DNA of 46,407 nucleotides from assembly GCA_003104935.1 (NCBI GenBank), contig PQAE01000011.1, positions 1-46,407 of the forward strand. The letters are read 5' to 3'. Numbering within the stretch: the first letter of the stretch is position 1; each line of letters starts with the position of its first letter. This DNA comes from Parcubacteria group bacterium (GTDB lineage: Bacteria > Patescibacteriota > Patescibacteriia > UBA1558 > GWA2-36-10). The notes below the pieces were generated by a model. It saw only the letters and a list, made by a program, of their open reading frames with translations. It ran no database searches and was not told where the DNA came from. The position numbers were made by a program, and so were the translations under genes. Positions 44,804-46,407 of the stretch are shown piece by piece.

Positions 44804-45116
44804 TTTTGATGGATATAAAATTTTATTGGAGCAGAAACTTCAAAAAAGTATAAAAAACAACCTCCCGCAACAACTTAAGGAGGTTTTTGAATCAAAGCTA
44901 AAGTATCTATCTAAAAATCCATCCTATCCAAGCTTGAACACTAAAAGGTATGGTGTTAGCAAAAAAATACTAATAAAATTGGGAGTCAGTGAAGTATGGG
45001 AGTTTTATATAAACGGAAAAGAATATCGTTGTATCTTCTACGTTTCACACGGTGAAAAAATTATAATAATAGCTTATGTGGGCAATCATCAGCAGATAAA
45101 AAATAAATACTGTTAG
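44793..45116 (+). CDS. RelE/ParE-superfamily-like toxin
   Basis: NPSYPSLNT, VWEFYIN..YRCIF, VGNH; overlaps the antitoxin end. Confidence 0.7.
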   Translation: MNFSFDGYKILLEQKLQKSIKNNLPQQLKEVFESKLKYLSKNPSYPSLNTKRYGVSKKILIKLGVSEVWEFYINGKEYRCIFYVSHGEKIIIIAYVGNHQQIKNKYC

Positions 45117-45297
45117 TGGTTATCTAAAGTCGGGTATATAAATATATTCATCTTGCTGTTGGATAATCATTCTAACATCCCTGACTATGCGACCCCATCA
45201 GAGAATCATTCCAATCGGAATGTTTTTTTGATTTATTGTAGCTTTACAAGGAGATATTTCTGGAATATAATGCTTCATATAAACTATTCCCATAGTT

Positions 45298-46308
45298 ATG
45301 AAAATAAAAAATATTCTACCGCCATCATTAAAACCTGGGCAGGCAATAGCAGTAATTGCTCCATCCAGCCCGGTTAGTGGTGTTTGTAAAGGGGAGACTA
45401 TTAAAAGGGGCTACGATTATCTAAGGGAAAGGGGCTATAAAATAATAGAAGGTGAATCAGTAAAAAGGTTAAGTAAAAAACACACAGCTGGGTCGGTTTC
45501 CATGAGAGTTGAAGAAATTCATAGTTTTGTAAAGAGAACAGACGTGGGCTGTATAATGGCTTTTTGGGGCGGGTATAACTGTAATCAGTTGCTGGATAAG
45601 TTAGATTACAAACTAATAAAACAATATCCAAAAATCTTTATTGGATTTTCTGACATAACAGCATTAACCACAGCGGTAACAACTAAAACCGGGTTAGTCA
45701 CCTTTTCAGGGCCAAGCGTGATATCGTTTGCCAAACCAACCCCTTTTCAGTATACTTGGGACTATTTTTGTAAAACCTGCATTAACCCTAAAGATTTTTG
45801 TCCCATAAGTGATTCTCTTCAATATTCTGATGATGCATATTACTTAAGAAAAGACGATAATCATCGTATAAAAAAGCATAACAAGGGAATGCGCATATTT
45901 AAAAATGGTCGGGCAAAAGGAAAAATAATAGTGGGCAATCTTCAAACCCTCTTGCTACTAAATGGCACAGAGTATCTTGGAGATTTTAAAAATAAAATCC
46001 TTTTTTTAGAAGAGGATGAATCTATAAACATAGCTTATTTTGATAGGTGCCTAGTGCAATGCGAGCAGTTGGGCTGGTTTAAAAAAATATCGGGCTTAGT
46101 TTTTGGTCGTTTTACCGAACAAACAAAGATAACTGAAAGCATTTTATTATCACTTTTTAAGGAACGTTTCAATCAAATTGATTTTCCTATTCTGTATAAC
46201 GCTGATTTCGGGCACTCCGATCCTATGTTTACGATTCCAAATGGAGGCGAGGTAAAGATTAACACTGCCGCAAAAGTAAAAATTATATTTAAAAAAGCGG
46301 TGGTATAA
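45298..46308 (+). CDS. S66 LD-carboxypeptidase/MccF-family peptidase
   Basis: VIAPSS, GGYN, GFSDITAL, GNL, LFLEE, FGH (Ser-Glu-His triad). Confidence 0.9.
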   Translation: MKIKNILPPSLKPGQAIAVIAPSSPVSGVCKGETIKRGYDYLRERGYKIIEGESVKRLSKKHTAGSVSMRVEEIHSFVKRTDVGCIMAFWGGYNCNQLLDKLDYKLIKQYPKIFIGFSDITALTTAVTTKTGLVTFSGPSVISFAKPTPFQYTWDYFCKTCINPKDFCPISDSLQYSDDAYYLRKDDNHRIKKHNKGMRIFKNGRAKGKIIVGNLQTLLLLNGTEYLGDFKNKILFLEEDESINIAYFDRCLVQCEQLGWFKKISGLVFGRFTEQTKITESILLSLFKERFNQIDFPILYNADFGHSDPMFTIPNGGEVKINTAAKVKIIFKKAVV

Positions 46309-46323
46309 TTTTAGTTGATTAAT

Positions 46324-46407
46324 ATGATCAAAAAGGAATTAACACCTAACTTAGTTAGACAACTTCCCTATAACAATTTTGTGGGTGCAAGGTACCGTTT
46401 TTTTAGA
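46324..46407 (+). CDS. partial ORF running off the window
   Basis: MIKKELTPNLVRQLPYNNFVG.. starts shortly after the S66 stop. Confidence 0.4.
   Translation, partial: MIKKELTPNLVRQLPYNNFVGARYRFFR

Larger units (their letters stand above)
35110..46407. mobile_element. integrative island at tRNA-His (right end not located)
   Basis: Recombinase abutting the tRNA 3' end; apparent shift to AT-richer codon usage; excisionase-like HTH; R-M and TA cargo; host palindromic repeats not seen. Confidence 0.78.

Noticed and set aside
44080-46407. Right attachment site of the island
   Set aside because: No repeat of the tRNA-His 3' end found by eye; boundary left open.

Overview
Window from a Patescibacteria (CPR)-like genome, probably Parcubacteria/ABY1 (inferred from gene style and repeat-rich intergenic DNA; standard code 11). 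It starts with the 3' end of 23S rRNA and a 5S rRNA. Next come a DpnI-family nuclease, EndoQ, tRNA clusters, rplS-gmk-RluA and a large secreted beta-helix protein. The middle holds pilT, an NrdR-box-controlled class II RNR (nrdJ) clustered with B12 salvage genes, a Fur-box-controlled Fe-S/oxidative-stress cluster (fur-fdx-iscS-nifU-sod-ahpC), a probable remote DGR target gene, a 2-oxoacid:ferredoxin oxidoreductase, a pilin, a large surface protein and rpe/rpiB. From about 35.1 kb an island sits at tRNA-His, carrying a large serine recombinase, Type III R-M, a Panacea/RelE-like TA pair and an S66 peptidase. The most striking observation is nested ('matryoshka') tRNA genes. At two loci (Ala, Arg) an intact tRNA flanked by inverted-repeat arms lies inside the anticodon loop of a second, palindrome-damaged tRNA for the same amino acid. 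Two other loci (Leu, Lys) have palindrome-interrupted 5' tRNA fragments just upstream of an intact copy. All calls were made by eye without database searches.
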